NCBI GenBank assembly: GCA_050303575.1
Contig: JBNLCA010000251.1
Coordinates: forward strand, 1 to 13,016
Length of the DNA: 13,016 nucleotides
Direction: 5' to 3'
From: Paracoccaceae bacterium
Lineage (GTDB): Bacteria; Pseudomonadota; Alphaproteobacteria; Rhodobacterales; Rhodobacteraceae
Shown: piece by piece, positions 1 through 8,667 of the stretch
Position numbering within the stretch: the stretch's first letter is position 1
Layout: each line of letters begins with the position of its first letter
The notes under the pieces: generated by a model
Told to the model about the DNA's origin: nothing
The model's database searches: none
The model's input: the letters and a program-made list of their open reading frames with translations, nothing else
Position numbers and translations under genes: made by a program

Positions 1-1
1 G

Positions 2-1024
2 CTTTTCCAGCTGGCGCTCGGCCGCTCCGGCAAGCGGATCACCATCGTCGGCGCCACATCGGGAGACACCGGCTCGGCCGCCATCGAGGCGTTCCGGGGT
101 CTTTCCAACGTCGATGTCTTCATCCTCTACCCGCATGGCCGCGTCTCGGAGGTTCAGCGCCGCCAGATGACCACGCCCGCCGAGGCGAATGTCCATGCGC
201 TGGCGCTCCATGGCCACTTCGACGACTGCCAGGCGCGGCTCAAGGACATGTTTAACGACTTCGAGTTCCGTGACCGGGTGGGCCTTGCCGGCGTCAACTC
301 GATCAACTGGGCGCGGGTGCTGGCGCAGGTCGTTTACTACTTCACGTCCGCCGTCTCGCTCGGCGCGCCGCACCGCAAGGTCAGCTTCACCGTGCCGACC
401 GGCAATTTCGGTGACATCTTCGCGGGCTACATCGCCAGGAAGATGGGCCTGCCCATCGAGCGGTTGATCGTCGCAACGAACCAGAACGACATCCTGCACC
501 GCTGCCTGACGACGGGTGATTACCGGACGTCCGAGGTCCATCCCTCGATCAGTCCGTCGATGGATATCCAGGTAAGCTCGAACTTCGAGCGGGCGCTCTT
601 CGACGCCTACGGTCGTGACGGGGCGGCGGTGGCAAAGGACATGGCGGCGTTGAAGGCCGACGGTGGTTTCACCGTCAGCCAGGGCGCGCTTGAGATGCTG
701 CGGGCGACGTTCCAGTCGGGCCGCGCGTCCGAGGCCGAGACCTCGGCCACCATCGCCGCCCAGCTCGAGGCGACGGGCGAGCTTCTCTGCCCGCATTCGG
801 CCGTCGGCGTGAAGGTCGCGGGCGAGCATCTCGGGCCTGTCCCGATGATAACGCTCGCCACCGCGCATCCCGCCAAGTTCCCCGATGCGGTGGAACGGGC
901 CACGGGTGTCCGCCCGCCGCTGCCCCCCAGGATGGCTGACCTCTTCGACCGGCCCGAGCGGGTGACCGAGGTGCCGAACGACCTTGGCGCGCTCAAGGCG
1001 CTGATCTCCGAGCGGCTGGTCTGA
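2..1024 (+). CDS. thrC: Threonine synthase, C-terminal approx 340 aa (5' end lies outside window)
   Basis: Frame 2 is open from the window edge to TGA at 1022-1024. The translation contains the PLP-enzyme motif region 'VGATSGDTGSAAIEAF', then '...SINWARVLAQVVYYF...VPTGNFGDIFAGY...'. This is collinear with long-form ThrC. GC3 is high. Confidence 0.9.
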   Translation, partial: LFQLALGRSGKRITIVGATSGDTGSAAIEAFRGLSNVDVFILYPHGRVSEVQRRQMTTPAEANVHALALHGHFDDCQARLKDMFNDFEFRDRVGLAGVNSINWARVLAQVVYYFTSAVSLGAPHRKVSFTVPTGNFGDIFAGYIARKMGLPIERLIVATNQNDILHRCLTTGDYRTSEVHPSISPSMDIQVSSNFERALFDAYGRDGAAVAKDMAALKADGGFTVSQGALEMLRATFQSGRASEAETSATIAAQLEATGELLCPHSAVGVKVAGEHLGPVPMITLATAHPAKFPDAVERATGVRPPLPPRMADLFDRPERVTEVPNDLGALKALISERLV

Positions 1025-1067
1025 GGCGCGACGCAGGCAGGGACGGGTGCAGGCCCGCGGTTCGGCG

Positions 1068-1421
1068 TCAGAGCGGCGAGTGGCAGGGATAGAACGCCCA
1101 GGTTCCGGTCGCATAGCGACTGTCGGTACCCGGACCGGCAAGCGCGTTCGCACGGCAATGCGCCTCGGCGGCTGCGCGGGCAACGGCTTCGTCGGCCTGC
1201 GTCAGGGCCGGCCCGTCGGGGCGGCTGACGACCAGCGCCGTGGCGATCGGAAAGGGCTCGATCTCGCTTGGCGTCCCGACGTTCACGGGCGCCGGCCAAT
1301 AGTAGTCGTCCACCTGCTGGACCGAGTAGCGAACCCCGGCGATCTGGTAGACTGACGCCCCGGCATCGACACAGGCCGACACCGCGAGGAGCGCCAAGAG
1401 GGAAGCAAAGAATGCCTTCAT
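1068..1421 (-). CDS. Small putative lipoprotein (117 aa), function unknown
   Basis: ATG at 1421 (minus) gives 'MKAFFASLLALLAVSAC...'. This has an n-region, a hydrophobic core and a lipobox-like V-S-A-C. The frame has strong GC3 bias. The track's 383-aa ORF is only the antisense-extended version of this frame, so the real gene is the last 117 codons. Convergent with thrC. Confidence 0.6.
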   Translation of the reverse strand: MKAFFASLLALLAVSACVDAGASVYQIAGVRYSVQQVDDYYWPAPVNVGTPSEIEPFPIATALVVSRPDGPALTQADEAVARAAAEAHCRANALAGPGTDSRYATGTWAFYPCHSPL

Positions 1422-1472
1422 AAACCCAAGGTTGCACGCTTCTGCCCCTTTCACAAGCGCCTCCCCGGCGCT

Positions 1473-2771
1473 ATGACCGTCAGGTCCAAACTGGGGAACG
1501 GGATCGGCGTGACGGTTCAGCTGCATACTCTGGCGAATGGCTTTCGCATCGTGACCGAGGCGATGCCGGGGCTCGAGTCGGCGACTGTGGGTCTTTGGGT
1601 CCAGGCCGGCGGCCGCCACGAACGGGCCGACCAGAACGGCATGGCCCATTTCCTCGAACACATGGCATTCAAGGGGACCGAGCGCCGCTCGGCCCTCAGG
1701 ATCGCCGAGGAAATCGAGGACGTGGGCGGCTACATCAACGCCTATACCTCGCGCGAGACGACGGCCTACTATGCCCGCGTCCTGAAGGACGACGTGGCGC
1801 TGGCGGTCGACGTGGTGGCCGACATCGTGCTGAACCCGATCTTCGACCCGTCCGAGATCGAGATCGAACGCGGCGTGATCCTGCAGGAGATCGGACAGGC
1901 GCTCGACACGCCTGACGACATCATCTTCGACTGGCTGCAGGAGGCCGCCTATCCGGGCCAGCCGATGGGTCGCACCATCCTCGGCCCCGAGGAACGCGTC
2001 TCTTCCTTCCAGCGCGACGACTTCCGCGCCTTCGTCGGATCGCACTACGGGCCGGACCGGATCGTCCTTTCGGCCGCCGGCGCGGTCGATCACGACACCA
2101 TCGTGGCGCAGGCCGAGACGCTCTTCAGCCATCTCGCCCCGCGCGGACCCGAGGCACCCGAACCGGCCGCCTTCCGCACCGGCGAACGGCGCGAACTCAA
2201 GCGTCTCGAGCAGGTTCATTTCGCGCTCGGCTTCGAGGCGCCGGGCTACCGTTCGCCCGAATATTTCACCGCTCAGATCTACGCGCAGGTGATGGGCGGC
2301 GGCATGTCCTCGCGCCTCTTCCAGGAGATCCGCGAGAAGCGCGGCCTGTGCTACGCGATCTTTGCCCAGGCGGGCAGCTACGCCGATACCGGCATGATGA
2401 CGATCTATGCCGGCACGTCCGAGGAGGAGATCCGTTCGCTCGCCGAGATCACCATCGACGAGATGCGCCGCGCGTCCGAGGACATGTCCGAGGCCGAGGT
2501 GGCGCGGGCGCGGGCGCAGATGAAGGCGAGCCTGCTGATGGGGCTGGAAAGCCCGACTTCGCGGGCCGAGCGGATGGCACGGCTTCTGGCGATCTGGGGC
2601 CGGGTGCCGACCGTCGCCGAGACGGTCGAGAAGATCGACGCGGTTGGCCGCGCCGGCGTGATGGATTTCGCGGGCCGGCTGGCGGGCGGCGGGCAGGCGG
2701 CGCTGGCGCTTTACGGCCCGGGGCGGGCGGCGCCCACGCTGCCCGAACTGGCGGCGAGGCTTGCCGCCTGA
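1473..2771 (+). CDS. M16 (pitrilysin/MPP-like) family zinc metallopeptidase
   Basis: Inverted zincin motif 'HFLEHMAFKGT' (HxxEH) is near the N-terminus, with the downstream Glu region 'EIEDVGGYINAYTSRE'. It is about 430 aa with a two-domain M16 layout. Start is ATG 1473 or in-frame GTG 1509, which gives 'MTVQLHTLANGFRIVTE', a typical M16 N-terminus. Stop TGA at 2769-2771. Confidence 0.88.
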   Translation: MTVRSKLGNGIGVTVQLHTLANGFRIVTEAMPGLESATVGLWVQAGGRHERADQNGMAHFLEHMAFKGTERRSALRIAEEIEDVGGYINAYTSRETTAYYARVLKDDVALAVDVVADIVLNPIFDPSEIEIERGVILQEIGQALDTPDDIIFDWLQEAAYPGQPMGRTILGPEERVSSFQRDDFRAFVGSHYGPDRIVLSAAGAVDHDTIVAQAETLFSHLAPRGPEAPEPAAFRTGERRELKRLEQVHFALGFEAPGYRSPEYFTAQIYAQVMGGGMSSRLFQEIREKRGLCYAIFAQAGSYADTGMMTIYAGTSEEEIRSLAEITIDEMRRASEDMSEAEVARARAQMKASLLMGLESPTSRAERMARLLAIWGRVPTVAETVEKIDAVGRAGVMDFAGRLAGGGQAALALYGPGRAAPTLPELAARLAA

Positions 2772-3355
2772 TGTTCGGACGGCGCCGGAAGGTGGTCATC
2801 CAGACCGAGCGCATGACCCTGCGCCTGCCGCAGCATTCGGACTACCGCGACTGGTCGGCGCTACGCCGGGAAAGCGCCGAGTTCCTGGTCCCGTGGGAGC
2901 CGTCCTGGAGCGGCGATCACCTGACGCGAAAGGCCTTCACCAACCGGGTCTACTGGGCGGCGCGGGCGGCGGCGCAAGGTTCAGCTGTGGCGCTTTTCCT
3001 GGTTCGGCGCGAGGATGGTGCGCTGCTGGGCGCAATCACGCTCGACAACATCCGGCGCGGGCCGGCGCAGGCGGGCACGATCGGCTACTGGATCGGGGCG
3101 AAGCACACGCGGCAGGGCTACATGACCGAGGCCGTGAAGGCTTTGGTCCACTACGCCTTCACCGAACTGGACCTTTCCCGGATCGAAAGCGCCTGCCTGC
3201 CCGAGAACGCAGCCTCGCGCGGTGTACTGGAACGGTCGGGCTACAAGTACGAGGGCGTCGCGCAGAGCTACCTCCAGATCAACGGCCGCTGGCGCAACCA
3301 TGTCCTCTACGCCAACCTGCGGAGCGACCGGCGCGGCCGGACGGACGTGGGGTAG
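2771..3355 (+). CDS. GNAT family N-acetyltransferase, RimJ/RimL (ribosomal-protein N-acetyltransferase)-like
   Basis: ATG at 2771 overlaps the M16 stop (TGATG). 'IQTERMTLRLPQHSDYRDW' matches the RimJ-type N-terminus. The acetyl-CoA motif region is 'GYWIGAKHTRQGYMTEAVKALVHYAF' and the C-terminal region is 'ENAASRGVLERSGYKYEG'. The ORF-track protein upstream of 2771 is the out-of-context frame of the M16 gene. Confidence 0.8.
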   Translation: MFGRRRKVVIQTERMTLRLPQHSDYRDWSALRRESAEFLVPWEPSWSGDHLTRKAFTNRVYWAARAAAQGSAVALFLVRREDGALLGAITLDNIRRGPAQAGTIGYWIGAKHTRQGYMTEAVKALVHYAFTELDLSRIESACLPENAASRGVLERSGYKYEGVAQSYLQINGRWRNHVLYANLRSDRRGRTDVG

Positions 3356-3434
3356 AGATCCCATAGCCCGCCGGAGGAGTTGGATCCCCGGCCCGGTGTG
3401 TGGCGAAGCCGCAGGGCCGAGCTTGCCAAGCAGA

Positions 3435-4217
3435 TCAAGCCTTGCGGATCGCCCGCACCGTCTCGACACGGGCCTTGAAGGCGGCGGGGGCTTCCAGCGC
3501 GCCATGCCGGGCCAGCCGGCGCAGGCCGAAATGGATATGGGCCATTTCCTGGTAGTAGCGCATGAAGGCAAGGTTCGTGCCGGCGCCGGCGAACGAGCCG
3601 ATCAGCGGGATCGACTTGGTGCCGAGCTTCTGAGTCAGAACCGCCGCTAGGCGCGGCGCGATCCGGGCGATGAGCGCGTTGATCGCCGGGCCGGTAATCG
3701 CCACCCGGGCGCCGAGGAAGGCGAAGTCCGCGCCGTCGTCTTCGGCCAGCGGGCCGCCGGCGCCGAGCACCTGAAGGCAGGCAAGGCGGGTTTCCTCGCG
3801 CGAAAGATCCTCGCCATGCTGGATCGCGATCTCCTGAATCGAGCGCAGCATCAGCGTTGTCGTCACCGGCAGTTCGGTCAGCGCCGAGGGCAGGCCGGCA
3901 AGCCCGCCGACCGCGCCGAAGGCCGCCGCCATCACCCGGTGCGGCCGGTCGCCCGCGCGCAGGCGCTGGCTGCCCTGAGCGGCGCCGTAGGCGACCTCGA
4001 GCGCGGTGCGTGTGGCGCTTTCGACCAGCGCGCGGGTCGAAGCCGGAAGGCGGGTGACCACGTCCTCGACCTGGCCGCCGACATAGCCGATCACCTGCAT
4101 CAGAAGGCCGTTCGCGGCGAGGTAGCGCCGGACAAGCACGTCGATCTCTTCTCCGGCGTCGGGGCCGGCGATGACCGGAAGCTCGGTTCCGGGCGGGATG
4201 ATCTCGATCTCGGGCAT
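3435..4217 (-). CDS. EcsC-family protein (260 aa)
   Basis: ATG at 4217 is preceded by GGGAGG 7 nt upstream. The translation is 'MPEIEIIPPGTELPVIAGPDAGEE...LPVTTTLMLRSIQEIAIQHGEDL...IPLIGSFAGAGTNLAFMRYYQEMAHIHF', which resembles the EcsC family (family assignment from memory). The upstream part of the 419-aa track ORF is low-complexity Arg/Gly/Ala and is rejected. Confidence 0.7.
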   Translation of the reverse strand: MPEIEIIPPGTELPVIAGPDAGEEIDVLVRRYLAANGLLMQVIGYVGGQVEDVVTRLPASTRALVESATRTALEVAYGAAQGSQRLRAGDRPHRVMAAAFGAVGGLAGLPSALTELPVTTTLMLRSIQEIAIQHGEDLSREETRLACLQVLGAGGPLAEDDGADFAFLGARVAITGPAINALIARIAPRLAAVLTQKLGTKSIPLIGSFAGAGTNLAFMRYYQEMAHIHFGLRRLARHGALEAPAAFKARVETVRAIRKA

Positions 4218-4267
4218 GGCAGAACCTCCCTGATTCCCCATGGATATGGGGATCACGCGGGCGTGAC

Positions 4268-4756
4268 TCAAGGTTCGGCCTTGGTGACGGGCCCGGATAC
4301 GCCCTCCCACGCGCCGGGTTCCAGCGCTAGGCCGAGGACCCGGTCGGGGTTCGTCGGCGGCGGCATGGTGACGCCGTCGAGCTTCTTGAACCCGAACCGC
4401 CCGTAGTAGGGCGCGTCGCCCACCAGCATCGCCCGCTGCCATCCCAGCGAGCGGGCAAGGATCAGGCTTTCCCGGATCAATAGCGCCGCCAGCCCGTCGC
4501 CCTGCCGGGTCGGGTGTACCGCCACCGGCCCCAGAAGAAGCGCCGGCGTGCCGCCGACCAGCACCGGCCAGTAGCGAATGGCGCCGGCAAGAATGCCAAG
4601 CTCGTCGCGCGCGACAAGGCAGAGATCCTTGACCTTCGGCACCCCGTCGCGAAGGCGATACGAGGACAGTGCCTCGCGACCCGGCGCGAAGCACAGGTCA
4701 TAGAGCGCCTCGACCTCCCACCAGTCGGCCTCGGTCTCCTCCTCGAGCTGAATCAC
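4268..4756 (-). CDS. GNAT family N-acetyltransferase (YhbS-like, 162 aa)
   Basis: Start is most likely GTG at 4756, giving 'MIQLEEETEADWWEVEALYDLCF...' with a G-rich stretch just upstream. The track's TTG at 4816 adds 20 poorly biased codons. Core GNAT motif 'HPTRQGDGLAALLIRESLILARSLGWQRAMLVGDAPYYGRFGF'. Confidence 0.75.
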   Translation of the reverse strand: MIQLEEETEADWWEVEALYDLCFAPGREALSSYRLRDGVPKVKDLCLVARDELGILAGAIRYWPVLVGGTPALLLGPVAVHPTRQGDGLAALLIRESLILARSLGWQRAMLVGDAPYYGRFGFKKLDGVTMPPPTNPDRVLGLALEPGAWEGVSGPVTKAEP

Positions 4757-4830
4757 TGCCCCGCCCGCCCCGTTTTGACTGGAAAGCCCGGTAGCATGCG
4801 CATAGGTCAGGTTCAAACGGAGGGTTCTTC

Positions 4831-5439
4831 ATGTTCTACCGCCCCGAGGACGGCCACGGCCTGCCGCACAACCCCTTCAACGCGATCGTCACGCCGCGCC
4901 CGATCGGCTGGATCTCGACGCGCGGCAAGGACGGGTCGGAAAACCTAGCGCCCTATTCGTTCTTCAACGCCGTTGCCTACACGCCACCGCAGGTGATGTT
5001 CGCCTCGACCGGATCGAAGCCCGACCGGGGCGACGTCAAGGACAGCGTGGCCAACATCCGCGAGACCGGGGTCTTCTGCGTCAACATCGTCGAATACGCG
5101 ATGAAGGACGCGATGAACGCGACGTCGGCCACGCTGCCGGCCGACCAGGACGAGTTCGACGTGGCCGGCCTCGAGCGCGAGGAATGCCGTACCATTCCCT
5201 GCTCGCGCGTGGCCGCCGCGCCGGCATCGCTTGAGTGCAAGCTCACCACCATCGTCGAGCTTCCCGGCAAGTCGAACCGGGTGGTTCTGGGCGAGGTGAC
5301 CGGCGTTCACATGCGCGACGACTGCCTTGTCGACGGGCGTTTCGACGTCCTGAAGTTCCGGCCGCTGACGCGCCTGGGCTACCGCGATTACGCGGTGATC
5401 TCCGAACTTTTCGAGCTCCGGCGGCCCGACGACCGGTAA
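4831..5439 (+). CDS. Flavin reductase family protein (NAD(P)H:flavin oxidoreductase-like domain)
   Basis: GGAGGG SD sits 6 nt before ATG 4831. 'PRPIGWISTRGKDGSENLAPYSFFNAVAYTPPQVMFAS' matches the flavin reductase-like domain N-terminus. 202 aa, stop TAA at 5437-5439. Confidence 0.85.
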   Translation: MFYRPEDGHGLPHNPFNAIVTPRPIGWISTRGKDGSENLAPYSFFNAVAYTPPQVMFASTGSKPDRGDVKDSVANIRETGVFCVNIVEYAMKDAMNATSATLPADQDEFDVAGLEREECRTIPCSRVAAAPASLECKLTTIVELPGKSNRVVLGEVTGVHMRDDCLVDGRFDVLKFRPLTRLGYRDYAVISELFELRRPDDR

Positions 5440-5800
5440 GGCCGACCAAGGCCACCGAGGCCCGCGTAGGCCAGTCCGAAACGTTTCTCCTTCGCTGAAC
5501 GTGTCCGCAAGGCGGGCTGATCTTTGCGGTCAGGACTCGCGCAGAACGTGCATACAATCAGCGGATGAAATACGGCGGAATCTCCGCACGTATGGCGCTA
5601 CCATTAACGAATCGACGTCGGCGCATCTGGTTAACCTTCGTTAACGTCTCGGTAGATTTCCAAGGTAATTGTTCGCGTATAGCGCTAACGGTCGCCCGGG
5701 GGTAGAATTGTTTCGTGGAAAACAATTCTGACCTGCACGAAACGGCATGTATGCACAATCCATACGTGCACATATGAAGAGCGAGCGAAGGGGAAGTGGT
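5440..5800. other. AT-shifted, palindrome-dense intergenic island
   Basis: Hand counts of 60-nt blocks give about 43-53% GC, against clearly above 65% in flanking genes. There is no ORF with codon bias. It contains several perfect or near-perfect palindromes: 5478-5487, 5505-5529, 5575-5587, 5604-5645, 5704-5729 and 5734-5770. Confidence 0.6.
5704..5729. promoter_or_regulatory. Candidate operator: inverted repeat AGAATTGTTT-N6-AAACAATTCT overlapping a putative -35 of the mtnP promoter
   Basis: Perfect 10-bp arms at 5704-5713 and 5720-5729, with a 6-nt spacer. TCTGAC (5727-5732) - 17 nt - TATGCA (5750-5755) gives weak sigma70-like -35/-10 spacing, about 45 nt upstream of ATG 5801. Confidence 0.35.
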
Positions 5801-6666
<866 letters not shown>

Positions 6667-6670
<4 letters not shown>

Positions 6671-7338
6671 AAAAACTTGTGCTTGTAATGGTATCCGTGT
6701 TGTTCGCCACCGCGTCGGCGGCCCAGGAGTGGGTCGCGTCACGTGGCCCGATGGACGACGAAAGCTTCTATCGCCTCGTCGCCTGCGCCGCCGCGCCGGG
6801 TGGCGCCTGCGCCAAGCCGCTGGTGCGCTGGACGGCGCGGGACGCGCGCGACCTGACGGTCTCGATCCAGGGCGTGGCGCCCGGCTACTCCGGCGCCCGC
6901 CAGCAGGCGATCAGCGCTGCGCTCGACGCCGCCATCGCCGAGATCAACGCCGCCGGCGCCGGCATCCGGTTGCGCCGCGTTGCCGACGGTAGCCGCGCCA
7001 AGGTCGCGCTGTTCCTGGCCGACGTGCCCGAAGGGACGGTGCTGATGGGCAGCAGCTCGCGGGACCGGACCAGGCTGGGTGCCGCGACCGTGCAGGTCTG
7101 GGCCGACAACAGCTACAACCTGACGAACGCCGCGATCATCGTCGCCCGCGACATCCGCATGCAGGACATCCGCTCGATCGTCCTGGAAGAGCTTGTCCAG
7201 TCGCTCGGGCTCCTCACCGACCTGCGCAATCCCTACTACACCCGCCGCTCGATCTTCTCGGAAGATTCGAACGCGACCTTGCAGCTGGCCGGCCAGGATG
7301 TGATGGCGCTGCGCCGTCACTATCCGCGCGGGCGCTAG
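6667..7338 (+). CDS. Exported protein of unknown function (223 aa) with cleavable signal peptide
   Basis: GTG at 6667 overlaps the mtnP stop (GTGA) and follows a GGAAGAG SD. The N-terminus 'MKKLVLVMVSVLFATASA|AQEW' is a canonical Sec signal with AXA. The signal-peptide codons are AT-rich; the rest has high GC3. Two Cys pairs (C..C at mature positions about 20-30) suggest a periplasmic disulfide. Internal 'VLEELVQSLG' looks like a degenerate HExxH-like stretch without His. Confidence 0.7.
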
Positions 7339-7365
7339 GTCCGGCGGATTGGCGGTTCCAAGGAA

Positions 7366-7397
7366 GGGCGCGAGCGGCTAGGCTCGCGCTCGTTCTG
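7366..7397 (+). terminator. Possible weak intrinsic terminator/attenuator between the two exported-protein genes
   Basis: GGGCGCGAGC-ggctag-GCTCGCGC forms an 8-9 bp GC stem at 7366-7389, followed by TCGTTCT. The U-tract is poor. Confidence 0.3.
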
Positions 7398-7409
7398 CCG
7401 GAGGTCGCC

Positions 7410-7736
7410 ATGAAAGTTCCGCTTCTCGTCGCCGCGCTTCTCTTGCCTCAAGCCTCGCTGGCCGAGGGCTACGTCATGGGCGCTGGCCGTTGGACCTGCG
7501 CCGAGGTCGTCACCGCCGGGCAGGGCGGCAACCCGTCCCAGCAGGGTCAGCTCGCCGGCTGGGTGCTGGGCTTCTGGAGCGCGGCAACCTTCGCGCGCGA
7601 GACCGCCTTCATCGACACGGTCGAACGCGCCGGCGCACAGGCGGTCTTCGAGGCGACGCTGGCGGAATGTTCCAAGGCGCCGCCCGACACGCCGCTTCAC
7701 GTCGTCGCCCGCACCATGATCGAGAACACGCGCTGA
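7410..7736 (+). CDS. Small exported protein of unknown function (108 aa)
   Basis: GGAGG sits 7 nt before ATG 7410. The signal peptide is '[18 protein letters not shown]|EG'. The mature protein has 2 Cys. Stop TGA at 7734-7736, 2 nt before the apt ATG. Confidence 0.65.
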   Translation: MKVPLLVAALLLPQASLAEGYVMGAGRWTCAEVVTAGQGGNPSQQGQLAGWVLGFWSAATFARETAFIDTVERAGAQAVFEATLAECSKAPPDTPLHVVARTMIENTR

Positions 7737-7738
7737 TC

Positions 7739-8272
7739 ATGGCGAAGTCGGTCAAGGACTATATCCGCACCATCGTGGATTTCCCCAAGGAGGGGATCCT
7801 GTTCCGCGACGTGACCACGCTCTTCTCGGATCCGCGCGGTTTCCGGATGGCGATCGACCAGCTTCTGACGCCCTATGCCGGCCAGCCGATCGACAAGGTC
7901 GCGGGGCTCGAGGCGCGGGGCTTCATCCTCGGCGGCGCGGTGGCGCACCAGCTGTCGGTGGGCTTCGTGCCGATCCGCAAGAAGGGCAAGCTGCCCGGTC
8001 CGACCATCGCGCAGGAGTACGCGCTGGAATACGGCGAGGCGGTGATGGAGATCCACGACGACGCCTTGCAGCCGGGCGAGCGGGTGCTCATCGTCGATGA
8101 CCTTCTCGCCACCGGCGGCACCTGCGAGGCGGGAATCAAGCTGGTCGAGCGGCTGGGAGCCGAGGTCGTCGGATGCGCCTTCGTCATCGATCTTCCTGCC
8201 TTGGGCGGCCGCAAGAAGCTCGAGGCGATGGGCATGGACGTCCATGTCCTCTGCGAATTCGAAGGCCACTAA
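7739..8272 (+). CDS. apt: Adenine phosphoribosyltransferase
   Basis: '[35 protein letters not shown]...' is followed by the PRPP-binding motif '[13 protein letters not shown]'. 177 aa, stop TAA at 8270-8272. Confidence 0.92.
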   Translation: MAKSVKDYIRTIVDFPKEGILFRDVTTLFSDPRGFRMAIDQLLTPYAGQPIDKVAGLEARGFILGGAVAHQLSVGFVPIRKKGKLPGPTIAQEYALEYGEAVMEIHDDALQPGERVLIVDDLLATGGTCEAGIKLVERLGAEVVGCAFVIDLPALGGRKKLEAMGMDVHVLCEFEGH

Positions 8273-8344
8273 CCTTCCGTTAAGATGCGTCGCGCAGTCT
8301 GCGATTCAGCGGGGCGATTCACCCCCGTGATCGTCCCTCCAGCA

Positions 8345-8385
8345 GGCCCCGCCCTCTCCCCCGAGGCGGGGCCTCACGCTTTTCC
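8345..8385 (+). terminator. Rho-independent terminator after apt
   Basis: GGCCCCGCC(ctc) ... (gag)GGCGGGGCC gives a 9-11 bp stem with one bulge, then CGCTTTTCC. Confidence 0.6.
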
Positions 8386-8594
8386 GGCCGGAACTCGACC
8401 CTGTGGCGCGAGTGCCACAGCAGCCTGACGCAGGGGAAGAGGGGAAAGACTGTGCTTGATCCGACTCAGGCCCCGGCGCTATCCGCCCGCCTCCGTTCCC
8501 AAGCGAACGGTCCTAGCGGGTGGAGTTCAAACCCTCCTCCGGTGCGGGCGGCCCTGCCGTCTCCGTATGCCAGGGCCGGGATGCCGGAGCGGGA

Positions 8595-8666
8595 GGACAT
8601 GTAGCTCAGCGGTAGAGCGGCGGGCCACGGACCCGCAGGTCGGAGGTTCGAATCCTCTCTTGTCAG
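8595..8666 (+). tRNA. tRNA-like gene, Arg(ACG)-type anticodon arm; atypical (possible pseudo-tRNA)
   Basis: It has a canonical D-arm GCTC-AGCGGTA-GAGC, an anticodon arm GCGGG-CCACGGA-CCCGC and a T-arm GGAGG-TTCGAAT-CCTCT, with 3' GCCA. However position 33 is C rather than U, and the acceptor stem has G1.A72 and U6.U67 mismatches. Confidence 0.5.
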
Positions 8667-8667
8667 C

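Noticed and set aside
1068-2219. 383-aa minus-strand ORF overlapping the M16 peptidase gene
   Set aside because: It is the antisense of a strongly biased high-GC gene and has low-complexity Arg/Gly/Ala/Asp composition. Only its last 117 codons (1068-1421), with signal peptide and GC3 bias, look real.
5558-5773. 71-aa minus ORF inside the AT-rich island
   Set aside because: Its composition and codon usage are unlike any real gene in the window, and it spans the palindromic regulatory sequences. It is most likely non-coding.
5440-5800. SAM riboswitch upstream of mtnP
   Set aside because: I could not recognise SAM-II/SAM-V pseudoknot consensus elements in the spacer. The structures present are DNA-type palindromes typical of protein-binding sites. 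It is left as an open regulatory island.
5440-5800. Chromosomal origin of replication (AT-rich, CtrA-like TTAAC sites)
   Set aside because: No DnaA-box (TTATCCACA-like) sequences are seen. The flanking genes are not the usual oriC neighbours. The TTAA spacing is N6, not N7.
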